DNA of 32,000 nucleotides. It comes from Geobacter metallireducens GS-15. Lineage in GTDB: Bacteria; Desulfobacterota; Desulfuromonadia; Geobacterales; Geobacteraceae. The notes beneath the pieces were generated by a model that did not search any database, had not been told where the DNA came from, and saw only the letters and a program-made list of their open reading frames with translations. The stretch's first letter is position 1, and every line of letters begins with the position of its first letter. The DNA lies in assembly GCF_000012925.1 (NCBI RefSeq), contig NC_007517.1, forward strand, positions 600,001 through 632,000. Direction: 5' to 3'. The position numbers and the translations under genes are program-made. This document shows positions 6,130 through 13,779 of the stretch, piece by piece.

Positions 6130-8031
6130 ATGGCTGTAAACATCTTCGGATCAAAACCAAAGGAGGCGTGCGAGGTCCACGGACACCATTCGGGGTCCGG
6201 GAACCGGATGCTCGTCGCCATGATTCTCATCTCCCTCTCCCTGGTGGTGTGGCACGTCGGGTCCACCGGCACGGGGGGGCACCCGGCAGCCTCCGGGGCC
6301 GCGCCGGTCCCGTTTCCCGTGCGGCTCGGCAGCGAGCTCCGGGATCTGTTCTTCAGCGATCACGGCGTCCTGGCCGAACTCCGGGACGTGTTCCCCTACT
6401 TCCTCGTCGGCATCCTCATCGCCGGATATCTCCGCACCTTCAAGATCGCCGTCAAGCTCCAGGCCAAGCTCCGGAAGTACGGCGTGCTCAGCGTCTTTAT
6501 CGCCTCCTTCGTGGGGATCATCACCCCCCTGTGCGCCTGCGGCACCGTGACCACCGCCATCAGCCTCCTGGTGGCGGGGATTCCCCTGGCGCCGGTCATG
6601 GCCCTCATGGTGACCTCGCCGCTGCTGAGCCCCTCCACCTATCTCCTCACCCTGAACGATCTCGGCCCCGAATGGACCGCCATCAGGACCATCTCCGCTC
6701 TCTCCATGGGGATCTTCGCCGGTCTCGTCACCCACTTCCTCAGCAATCGGCCCGGGTTCCGGAAAAACGAAATCTTCATCGAGGGGGCCCTGGTGAGGGG
6801 GGACTTCCACGACGAGGACTATCCCGACGAGCGGCTCCGGTGCAACTGCCGGCGCCAGTTCGGCAACCGGATCGCCGTCAGGACCGGGAACAAGTTTCTC
6901 ATCTTCCTGGCCAAGTCCGTGGAAATGCTCTGGGTGGTGGGGAAGTACGTCATCGTCGGCGTCGTCATCGGGGCCGTGGTGGAGCGGTACATGCCCCAGG
7001 AGTGGGTCTACCGCTTCTTCGGCCAGGGGGACCCCCTCGGCATCCTCTGGGTGACCCTGGCATCGGTGCCCATGTTCCTGCACCAGATCAGCGCCTCCAG
7101 CATCATCCACCACATCAAGGGCTCCCTTGGCGGAACCCTCGACGCCGGCGCGGCCCTGGCGTTCATGATCGGTGGGCCGGTCACCGCCGTGCCCACCATG
7201 GTGCTCTTCTGGAGCTTCTTCCGGAAGCGGGTCTTTTTCCTCTACATGTTCGTCTGTCTCTCGGGAACGCTCCTCATTGCCTACGCGTTCCAGGCTCTCG
7301 TCTTCACGCCCGGCGTCGATATCGGGAATCCCCTGCTGAAGGGGGTCGCTTCGCTGTCGGGGGGGGAGGCCTCCGTCATTGCGAAGCAGGATGCCAACGT
7401 GCGGATGGTTCTGGACCCGGGAGGCAAGGGGGTTGTCGCCACCTACAGCAACGCGGTTGACGGCCGGGGACCCGTGGTGTTCGACGGGGTACGGGGGCGT
7501 TTCACCGCTTCCCTGGCCAACCGGTATGACAATCGGGCCTACATCGGCAACATCGCCGACTGGCTCGGGGAGAACTCCCTCACCGCCGCCTCCGCCAAGA
7601 TTCTCGTCTACAGCCTCGGCAATGGTGCCGGCGATGCCGCATCGCTCCTGGGAGAGAAGACCCTGGCCGAGCTGGGTGCCAGGGGATTTACCGTCAAGGC
7701 GGTCGAAAGGCATGATGTGCCGCGAATTACCGAGGGGGTGCTGGCAGGCTGCGGCCAGGTGTGGCTCTTCTTCGGCGACGACCACGCCGACGGGTTGAAC
7801 GATGCCGAAGTGAAGCTCCTTGCGGACTTTAATGCCAACGGGGGGGGCGCCCTGATTGTGCCCGGCGTGGCGAACACCCGCGGGGCCAACCTCCTTGTGT
7901 CCCGCTATGGCGTGACCTTCTCCGGCGTTGCCGACAACGGTCCGGAGGTGCGGGTTTCCGCCGCGTCAACGGTTCTCAACCGGACCGCCGAGTGGCTCGG
8001 CTCCGTTCTGAAACTGGTAAAAAAGGCCTGA
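6130..8031 (+). CDS. ArsP/DUF318-type permease fused to a ~200-aa C-terminal soluble domain
   Basis: Multiple TM segments contain the family-typical GIITPLCACGTV and SPLLSPST stretches. The N-terminus is His/Cys-rich (ACEVHGHHSGSG). From about aa 430 onward the sequence is hydrophilic (ILVYSLGNGAGD...VWLFFGDDHADGL...GGALIVPG), which looks like a Rossmann-like alpha/beta domain. The start is uncertain: 6130, or in-frame ATG 6208. Confidence 0.75.
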   Translation: MAVNIFGSKPKEACEVHGHHSGSGNRMLVAMILISLSLVVWHVGSTGTGGHPAASGAAPVPFPVRLGSELRDLFFSDHGVLAELRDVFPYFLVGILIAGYLRTFKIAVKLQAKLRKYGVLSVFIASFVGIITPLCACGTVTTAISLLVAGIPLAPVMALMVTSPLLSPSTYLLTLNDLGPEWTAIRTISALSMGIFAGLVTHFLSNRPGFRKNEIFIEGALVRGDFHDEDYPDERLRCNCRRQFGNRIAVRTGNKFLIFLAKSVEMLWVVGKYVIVGVVIGAVVERYMPQEWVYRFFGQGDPLGILWVTLASVPMFLHQISASSIIHHIKGSLGGTLDAGAALAFMIGGPVTAVPTMVLFWSFFRKRVFFLYMFVCLSGTLLIAYAFQALVFTPGVDIGNPLLKGVASLSGGEASVIAKQDANVRMVLDPGGKGVVATYSNAVDGRGPVVFDGVRGRFTASLANRYDNRAYIGNIADWLGENSLTAASAKILVYSLGNGAGDAASLLGEKTLAELGARGFTVKAVERHDVPRITEGVLAGCGQVWLFFGDDHADGLNDAEVKLLADFNANGGGALIVPGVANTRGANLLVSRYGVTFSGVADNGPEVRVSAASTVLNRTAEWLGSVLKLVKKA

Positions 8032-8094
8032 CACGGGTGCCGCCGGCGCCCTTCACGTATCCGGGATGAGATCACCATATTCAGGAGGAATGGC

Positions 8095-8415
8095 ATGAAA
8101 TCACAGGTTTTTGATGTCCAGAAACTCAAGAAGTTCACCGACGAAAAACGCCACCAGGAGACCATCTGGTCCGATGACCACGCCCGGGTGAGCCTCATCT
8201 GCATGAAGCCGGGCCAGGAGATTATCACCCACACCCACCACGGCAGCCACATCTGGATGGTCATGGAGGGGACCGGCGAGTTCCTTTCCGGCAAGCAGGT
8301 CCAGACCATCACCACGGGGCAGATCGTCATCGTTCCCGCCTTCGAGGACCACGGCATCCGGAACGGGTCCCAGGAGAACCTCGTCATCGCCTCCATAACG
8401 GGGCAGGGGGATTAA
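8095..8415 (+). CDS. cupin domain protein (106 aa)
   Basis: AGGAGG (8083-8088) precedes ATG 8095. The cupin motifs GQEIITHTHHGSHIWMVMEGTGEF and IVIVPAFEDHGIRN are present. Confidence 0.85.
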   Translation: MKSQVFDVQKLKKFTDEKRHQETIWSDDHARVSLICMKPGQEIITHTHHGSHIWMVMEGTGEFLSGKQVQTITTGQIVIVPAFEDHGIRNGSQENLVIASITGQGD

Positions 8416-8422
8416 AGCCTTC

Positions 8423-8565
8423 AATAACACGGAGAGACGGAGAACACGGAGTACTACAAATTCATTATTGCTAGATTGTTGTCAGACTGACATCTCTTGT
8501 GCAGAATTTGAGCAAATCAAAGCAATGTATTGATTTCTCCGTGCCCTCCGTCTCTCCGTGTTATT
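8423..8565. repeat. palindromic intergenic repeat element, copy 1 (29-bp terminal inverted repeats)
   Basis: The left arm AATAACACGGAGAGACGGAGAACACGGAG (8423-8451) is complementary to the right arm CTCCGTGCCCTCCGTCTCTCCGTGTTATT (8537-8565) at 27 of 29 positions. Each arm is built from three ACGGAG units. A related copy lies at 11761-11902. Confidence 0.85.
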
Positions 8566-8601
8566 CAGCAGTGGTTTGTGAGAGCGAGGAAGGTGAACAA
8601 C

Positions 8602-8916
8602 GTGAAGACGATACATCGCAACCCCAACGTCATGTGGCGCGAGGAGGCCGATGCCCTGGCCCGGGTCCAGGAGGCCATGGACCGGGGAGAGGAAGTGGAG
8701 GAGACCGGGACCTCGGTCCTCTTCTCCGGCGGGACCATGCTCTCCCTCAATTTTCTGGGGACCGAGATCTGGAAGCTCTGCGACGGCCGGGCCCTGGACG
8801 GCATCGTAGCGGAGCTCCTGCCACAGTTCGAGGTGGACGAGGCGGTGCTCCGGGAGGACGTCCGGGCTTTCCTGGACGAGCTGGCCGCCAAGGGGTTCGT
8901 CAGCCATGCCGAATGA
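8602..8916 (+). CDS. PqqD-family protein (RRE-type peptide chaperone), ~104 aa
   Basis: In ORF 8530..8916 the first 24 codons lie inside the repeat arm. I prefer GTG 8602, preceded by GGAAGG (8588-8593). The body (VLFSGGTMLSLNFLGTEIWKLCDGRALDGIVAELLPQFEVDEAVLREDVRAFLDELAAKGFV) is a typical PqqD fold signature. Its stop overlaps the next gene by 11 nt. Confidence 0.8.
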   Translation: MKTIHRNPNVMWREEADALARVQEAMDRGEEVEETGTSVLFSGGTMLSLNFLGTEIWKLCDGRALDGIVAELLPQFEVDEAVLREDVRAFLDELAAKGFVSHAE

Positions 8917-9904
8917 GGTTGTCCTCGAAGCGCCGTTGACTATCAACTGGGCCATCAACAACAGCTGCAACTTCGCCTGCCGCCACTGCTACAGCCGTGG
9001 GGACACCCACGAGGAGCTCCCCCGGGAGGTCCTTCTCGCCTGTCTGGAAAAGGTGGCGCAGGCCGGGGTCTTCTCCGTCAATTTCGGCGGCGGGGAGCCG
9101 CTTCTCCATCCCGGTATCCTGGAGATCGCCTGCCACGCCAGGAGCCTGGGGCTGCGGATCTCCATGAACAGCAACGGCTGGCTCCTGGACCGGGAGATGG
9201 CCGGGGCGCTGCGGGACGCTGGCTTCACCAAGGTGGGGATCAGCATCGATAGCCACATCCCCAAGGTCCACGACCGGTTCCGAGGCGTTGCGGGGAGCCA
9301 CGGCCGGGCCGTGGCGGCCCTGGGGGACCTGGCGGAGGCCGGCATCGACACCTCCATCTCCACGGTCATCTGCCGGATCAACAATACCGCCATCGACGAC
9401 CTGGTGGCCTTTGCCCGGGAGCAGGGGGCGCGGCAGCTCAACTTCCACAACTTCAAATGCTCGGGGCTCGGCCTTTCCCACAAGGATGAACTGGACCTGA
9501 CGCCGGAGGAGTGGCAGGAGTTCTACCGGCGCGCCCTGGCCGCCAGGGACGGGGAGAAGGGGCTCGACATCTCCCTGGATGATCCGATCATCGCCCTTCT
9601 GGGGGCCCGTGACACCGGAAGCCTCGTCAAGGGGAGCGTCTGCGGCAAGCTCTCCCTCAACATCAAGGCCAACGGCGACATGACCCCCTGCGGCTTCATC
9701 CCCATCGTCATCGGCAACATCGTCCGGGACGACCTGAAGCAGGTCTGGCGCGATTCGGCGGTGCTGGAGAAGATGCGCAACAAGAAGCCCACGGGCAAAT
9801 GCGCCGGCTGCGGCAAGTACGAAGACTGCCTCGGCGGCTGCTCCGCCCGGGCCCTGGCCCTCACCGGCGACCTGAACAGCCCCGACCCCCACTGCTGGGC
9901 GTAA
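8906..9904 (+). CDS. radical SAM / SPASM domain protein (peptide-maturase type)
   Basis: CNFACRHC is the CX3CX2C SAM-cluster motif and GGGEPLL is a SAM-binding motif. The C-terminal Cys-rich SPASM region is CGKLSLNIKANGDMTPCGF...GKCAGCGKYEDCLGGCSARA...DPHCW. Confidence 0.9.
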   Translation: MPNEVVLEAPLTINWAINNSCNFACRHCYSRGDTHEELPREVLLACLEKVAQAGVFSVNFGGGEPLLHPGILEIACHARSLGLRISMNSNGWLLDREMAGALRDAGFTKVGISIDSHIPKVHDRFRGVAGSHGRAVAALGDLAEAGIDTSISTVICRINNTAIDDLVAFAREQGARQLNFHNFKCSGLGLSHKDELDLTPEEWQEFYRRALAARDGEKGLDISLDDPIIALLGARDTGSLVKGSVCGKLSLNIKANGDMTPCGFIPIVIGNIVRDDLKQVWRDSAVLEKMRNKKPTGKCAGCGKYEDCLGGCSARALALTGDLNSPDPHCWA

Positions 9905-9940
9905 TCCCCGCTCCGCTCCCTGCCGGATCAAGGATGATTC

Positions 9941-10810
9941 ATGGAACTGGCATCCCCCATAACCATCTACTGGGACCTCCCCCCCGACGCCCATGAGCCG
10001 TCCCGGCTCATGGGAATCGCCGCCGACATCGTCCCCTGCCGGCCCCTCATGGTATGGATCACCTGCACCGCGCCGACCCTGCCCGACGGGCTCGGAGCGG
10101 TGCTGGAGCGGTTCCGGGAGAGCTCCATTTCCGTTATCATCACGATTGCCCTTTCAACCCGGGACGAGTCTGTCCGGGCCCTTGCAGGACAGGGGCTGGT
10201 CCGGGAGTTCCTGCTTGCCGTTGACCATGCCGGTCAGCTCGATACCGGGGAATGGAAGGGAATCGCGCCCGTGGGGATATCCTTCGCGGTGACCTCCCGG
10301 AACTGGCGCGAGCTCCCCGACCTGATGCACCAGTGCCCGGGCTACGGCATCACCCGCCTCGTGCTCCCCATGCAGCGTCTCTATGGCGACGAGCCTCCCT
10401 TCTTCCTCACCTCCCGGGAGCAACAGGAACTGGCGGATGCCCTGGCCTCGGCGGGGGGGACGTCGGGGCTCACGCTCACCATTCACGACCCCTTCCTCTG
10501 GCGGGCCTTCAATCCCGGCGTCCCCTTTCCCCAGGGGGGGTGCCAGGCGGCAAACACCATGATCGCCATCGCCCCCGACGGCGGGGTCTATCCGTGCCCT
10601 TCCTTGCCGGTGCGCCTCGGCACCGTGGGGGAGGCGTCCCTGAAGGAGATCATCGCATCCATGGCAAAGAAGGATGTGCGGCAAAGGCTCCTGGAGCATC
10701 CCGGCGCCTGCATGGCGTGCGGGGATGTGGCGGAGTGCCGGGGGGGATGCCGCGGAAGGGCATACGTCGTGCATCAATCGCTGGAGGGGGAAGACCCCGC
10801 ATGCTGGTAA
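9941..10810 (+). CDS. SPASM-domain protein lacking the radical SAM CX3CX2C motif
   Basis: No CX3CX2C occurs anywhere; the N-terminus reads ITIYWDLPPD. The C-terminal SPASM-type Cys pattern is retained (GGCQAANTMIAIAPDGGVYPCPS...GACMACGDVAECRGGCRGRAY...DPACW). This tail is paralogous to the C-terminus of the upstream gene. Confidence 0.85.
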   Translation: MELASPITIYWDLPPDAHEPSRLMGIAADIVPCRPLMVWITCTAPTLPDGLGAVLERFRESSISVIITIALSTRDESVRALAGQGLVREFLLAVDHAGQLDTGEWKGIAPVGISFAVTSRNWRELPDLMHQCPGYGITRLVLPMQRLYGDEPPFFLTSREQQELADALASAGGTSGLTLTIHDPFLWRAFNPGVPFPQGGCQAANTMIAIAPDGGVYPCPSLPVRLGTVGEASLKEIIASMAKKDVRQRLLEHPGACMACGDVAECRGGCRGRAYVVHQSLEGEDPACW

Positions 10811-10847
10811 GGTATTGCCGGCCACTCACCGTCACAGGAAACCATAG

Positions 10848-11753
10848 ATGATACGTTCAACCTTCAGGCGTTTTCTGCTGTTGTTCCTCCCCCTGCTCCT
10901 CCTTGCCGGCTGCAAGGGCGAAGGGAGCCGCCCCGTGGTGAAGATCGGCTACATGCTCTGCAACAACGAGCAGGAAACCATGTCCCGCTTCCTCCCCCTG
11001 ACCCGCTACCTTTCCGATAAGTGCGGCGTCGACTTCGTGGCGGTGCCGGTGGATACCCACGATTTCGAGAAACGGTTCAAGGCCGGGGAGTTCACCTTCA
11101 CCCATTCCAACTCCCTCATCTACGTCATCCTCCACGAGAACGAGGGGGTTCAACTGCTGGCCTCGGAGAAACGGGGGAAATTCGGCGCCCGCAGTGCCGG
11201 CGCCCTCATCGCCCGCAAGGGGAGCGGCATCGAAAAGCTCGCCGACATCCGGGGGAAGCGCCTCGCCTTCGGCCCCATGCTGGCCCCCACCGGGTATCTG
11301 GCCGAGTACGACCTGATGCTTTCCGCCGGCATCAACCCGGAGCACGACCTGGGGACCTACTCCATTCCTCCCGGCTCCTACAAGCATGAAAAGCTCATCT
11401 ACGGCGTCCTCTACGGCCAGTACGACGTGGCCGCCGCCCCCATCCTCGACCTTGAAACCATGACCCGGGAGGGGAAAATCGCTGCCGACGATTTCGTCAT
11501 CCTCGCCCAGAGCAAACCGGTTCCCTACTGCACCTTCGGCGTGGCCAAGGGGGCCGACCCGGCCCTGGTGAAGAAGGTAAAGGAGGCGCTCCTGGCCCTG
11601 AAACCCGCCGACACCGCCGAGGTGGACGGCGAACGGATCAAGGTGCTGAAGGCTGCCTGGATCGACGGCTACGAGGAACTCCTCGACAGCGACTACGACT
11701 CCATCCGCGAAATGGCGAAACGGGTGAATATGCCGCCGTATCAGAAGTACTAA
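10848..11753 (+). CDS. PhnD-like (phosphonate-binding family) periplasmic substrate-binding lipoprotein
   Basis: Signal/lipobox is LLLFLPLLLLAGC. VKIGYMLCNNEQETMSRFLPLTRYLSDKCGVDFVAVPVDTHDFEKRFKAGEFTFTHSN and GKRLAFGPMLAPTGYL resemble the PhnD/Phosphonate-bd family. Confidence 0.8.
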   Translation: MIRSTFRRFLLLFLPLLLLAGCKGEGSRPVVKIGYMLCNNEQETMSRFLPLTRYLSDKCGVDFVAVPVDTHDFEKRFKAGEFTFTHSNSLIYVILHENEGVQLLASEKRGKFGARSAGALIARKGSGIEKLADIRGKRLAFGPMLAPTGYLAEYDLMLSAGINPEHDLGTYSIPPGSYKHEKLIYGVLYGQYDVAAAPILDLETMTREGKIAADDFVILAQSKPVPYCTFGVAKGADPALVKKVKEALLALKPADTAEVDGERIKVLKAAWIDGYEELLDSDYDSIREMAKRVNMPPYQKY

Positions 11754-11760
11754 GAAATTT

Positions 11761-11902
11761 AATAACACGGAGAAACTGAGGGCACGGAGAAAAAACCAAG
11801 CCTGACAGATAAGTTGTGAATCGATGCTGCTATGCTCAGTCATGGATTTTCTCTGGGAGATAGGTTTTGATTCCTCCGTGTTCTCCGTCTCTCCGTGTTA
11901 TT
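11761..11902. repeat. palindromic intergenic repeat element, copy 2
   Basis: The left arm is AATAACACGGAGAAACTGAGGGCACGGAG (11761-11789). The right arm is CTCCGTGTTCTCCGTCTCTCCGTGTTATT (11874-11902). The right arm is the exact reverse complement of copy 1's left arm. The interiors share stretches (CTGACA...TTGTG..AAT, TTGATTyCTCCGTG) in the same orientation. Confidence 0.85.
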
Positions 11903-11903
11903 C

Positions 11904-12458
11904 ATGCTTATGGTGACTATGTTCAACGACACCTTCGACAAAATAACCTGGGCGCTTCTGGCGTTCGTGATCGTAGCCCTCGCAGCCCTTCTGGCCATGA
12001 ACCACGGCGCGGGGGATGGCAAGGCCGCGGGCCTCGGCAAGGCGGTGGAGCGGGAGATGGCCTACCGCGCCCGCATCGAGCTGATCGGCAAGCTCTACGG
12101 TCCGGTGGAGGATCTGCGCAAGGCGGGGAAAAACCAGGAGGCGCTCCTGAAGCTGGATGAGCTGATCAGGAGCTATCCCGGCGAGGCCCACGGCTACATC
12201 CTTCAGGGGGAGATCCTCCGGGAGATGGGTGCCCTGGACGAGGCGGTGGCCTCCTTCGAGGCGGGGGTGAAGCTCAACGGCGACTACGTGGACGCCAGGA
12301 GCCCCCTGTCGCGGCGCGGCGCGATTCAGGGGCTCGTGGACGAGGGGCTCAGGAGCATCGGTGGCCGGGCCGCGGCCAATCCCGGCAACCGGAGCCTGGC
12401 GGCCTCGCTCGCCAAGGTCAACTACCTCAAGAGCAGGCTGGCCGGGGGGTGCGAGTGA
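11904..12458 (+). CDS. membrane-anchored TPR-repeat protein
   Basis: ORF 11895..12458. The GTG at 11895 lies in the repeat arm, so an ATG at 11904, 11910 or 11919 is more likely; the start is uncertain. It has one N-terminal TM (ITWALLAFVIVALAALLAM). The TPR-like helices are GKNQEALLKLDELIRSYPGEAHGYILQGEILREMGALDEAVASFEAGVKLNGDY. Confidence 0.7.
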   Translation: MLMVTMFNDTFDKITWALLAFVIVALAALLAMNHGAGDGKAAGLGKAVEREMAYRARIELIGKLYGPVEDLRKAGKNQEALLKLDELIRSYPGEAHGYILQGEILREMGALDEAVASFEAGVKLNGDYVDARSPLSRRGAIQGLVDEGLRSIGGRAAANPGNRSLAASLAKVNYLKSRLAGGCE

Positions 12459-13519
12459 TGCTGCGGGACCGGCATTTCTGGATGGTGGTGGCGGCAGGGC
12501 TTCTCCTCGGGGGGCTCGGGGCGCTCCTGGCGGTCTGGGGGAACCCGGAGAACTCGGGAATCTGCGTCTCCTGCTTCATCGAAAACAGCGCCGGCGCCCT
12601 GGGGATGCACGATAACCCCCGCATGCAGTACCTGCGCCCCGAACTGATCGGCTTCGTCCTCGGCGCCATGGCCAGTGCCCTCCTCTTTCGCGAGTTCCGT
12701 TCCCGGGGCGGGAGCGCCCCACTGCCGCGGCTCTTCGCGGGGATCTTCCTCATGGTGGGGTGCGGTGTCTTCATCGGCTGCCCCATCAAACTGTTCCTCC
12801 GGCTGACCGCCGGGGACCTCACCGCCGTTGCCGGGGTCGCGGGGCTCGTGGCCGGGGTCTGGGCAGGGCTCCGGGGGCTTGCCAACGGGGTTGAACCGGG
12901 CCAGACGAGCCGGGGCCAGGGGCACGGTGGTCCGCTGATACCGGCCTTTTTCATCCTTCTCCTCGTCTTCCTCCTCATCCGTCCCGGTTTCATCCTCTTC
13001 TCCACCCAGGGGAGCGCCGCCCAGCATGCACCCGTACCCCTTGCCCTGGGGGCCGGCGTCGTGCTCGGCGCTTTGGCCCAGCGGAGCCGCTTCTGCATCA
13101 CCGGCAGCATCCGGGACGTCTTCCTCATGGGGAAGCGGACCCCCGCCCTCTGGGGGATGCTCGCCTTTCTGGCCGCGGCGGTCGCCGCCAACCTTGCCAC
13201 GGGAAGGTTCAATCCCGGTCTCCACGGCCAGCCCGGCGCCCATCTGGAGCACCTCTGGAGCTTCCTCGGCATGGGGCTCACGGGGTGGATCTCCGTCCTC
13301 ATCGGCGGCTGCCCGTTCCGCCAGCTCATCAAGGCCGGCGAAGGGGATGCCGATGCCGGTCTCGTGGTGGTGGGGATGTTCATCGGCGGCGCCCTGGTGC
13401 AGTCGTGGGGGATCGCCGCCACGGCGGCCGGGGTCTCCCTGACCGGGAAGGTGGCGATTCTTGCCGGCTTCGCCTCGGTACTTGCTGCCTCCCTCCTCTT
13501 CCGTAGTCGGAGTATCTGA
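12458..13519 (+). CDS. YedE/YeeE-family transporter (putative selenium/thiosulfate uptake)
   Basis: ATG 12458 overlaps the TPR stop (TGATG). The protein is polytopic and carries the family-typical Cys motifs GICVSCF, GCGVFIGCPIK and GGCPFRQLIKAGEGD. Confidence 0.8.
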   Translation: MLRDRHFWMVVAAGLLLGGLGALLAVWGNPENSGICVSCFIENSAGALGMHDNPRMQYLRPELIGFVLGAMASALLFREFRSRGGSAPLPRLFAGIFLMVGCGVFIGCPIKLFLRLTAGDLTAVAGVAGLVAGVWAGLRGLANGVEPGQTSRGQGHGGPLIPAFFILLLVFLLIRPGFILFSTQGSAAQHAPVPLALGAGVVLGALAQRSRFCITGSIRDVFLMGKRTPALWGMLAFLAAAVAANLATGRFNPGLHGQPGAHLEHLWSFLGMGLTGWISVLIGGCPFRQLIKAGEGDADAGLVVVGMFIGGALVQSWGIAATAAGVSLTGKVAILAGFASVLAASLLFRSRSI

Positions 13520-13664
13520 GCGGAAGTCAAAGTCCCGTCAAAAGGCGACAACCGTCGCGCATGTTCCCTTTTTTGACACCCGAACTCAGCGTCTTCTTTT
13601 CCCGTGACGATACGCTAACCGACTCCTGCATTGAGGGAAGGTATTGACGCCCATTCGGGATTTA

Positions 13665-13680
13665 TGGAATAGAAATTGCT
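13665..13680 (+). promoter_or_regulatory. candidate sigma-54 -24/-12 promoter for the 1848-aa cytochrome
   Basis: TGGAAT-AGAAA-TTGCT compared with TGGCAC-N5-TTGCW. GG and GC are separated by 10 nt. It lies about 100 nt upstream of ATG 13780. Confidence 0.45.
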
Positions 13681-13779
13681 AATTTTATAGTTACCAAGAA
13701 ATTCCCGCATGTCGTGGCGACGTTCAGAGGCAGGGAGGCCGAAGGCAGGCAAATTCGTATGGGGTGCTGGAGGCATGAT

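Noticed and set aside
6151-7785. Long minus-strand and alternative-frame ORFs, for example 165..1070(-), 6151..7785(-), 6120..7460(+), 8900..9994(-), 10857..11843(-), 12427..13551(-), 14584..15504(-), 25039..25998(-), 27604..28575(-) and 28852..30036(-).
   Set aside because: All overlap + strand genes that have strong motif support. Their translations are low-complexity Arg/Gly/Pro/Ala-rich strings typical of open non-coding frames in high-GC DNA, and they have no recognisable motifs.
8423-11902. The two ACGGAG-rich repeats as a CRISPR array or as transposon ends with cargo.
   Set aside because: There are only two copies, 3.2 kb apart, and each is itself a palindrome, so this is not a CRISPR array. 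No transposase or integrase gene and no obvious target-site duplication were seen, so I report it only as a flanking MITE/REP-like element.
13544-13575. A hairpin after yedE (GCGAC-AACC-GTCGC) with a downstream T6 run as an intrinsic terminator.
   Set aside because: The stem is only 5 bp and the T-run starts about 10 nt after it, which is too weak to call.
13520-13779. A GEMM-I type c-di-GMP/cGAMP riboswitch in the leaders of the cytochrome genes (also 1107-1353 and 22077-22605). Such riboswitches are known upstream of several Geobacter cytochrome genes.
   Set aside because: I could not find the conserved GCAAA-type/tetraloop-receptor sequence blocks by eye in any of the three leaders. A cmsearch with the Rfam models would be needed to exclude it formally.
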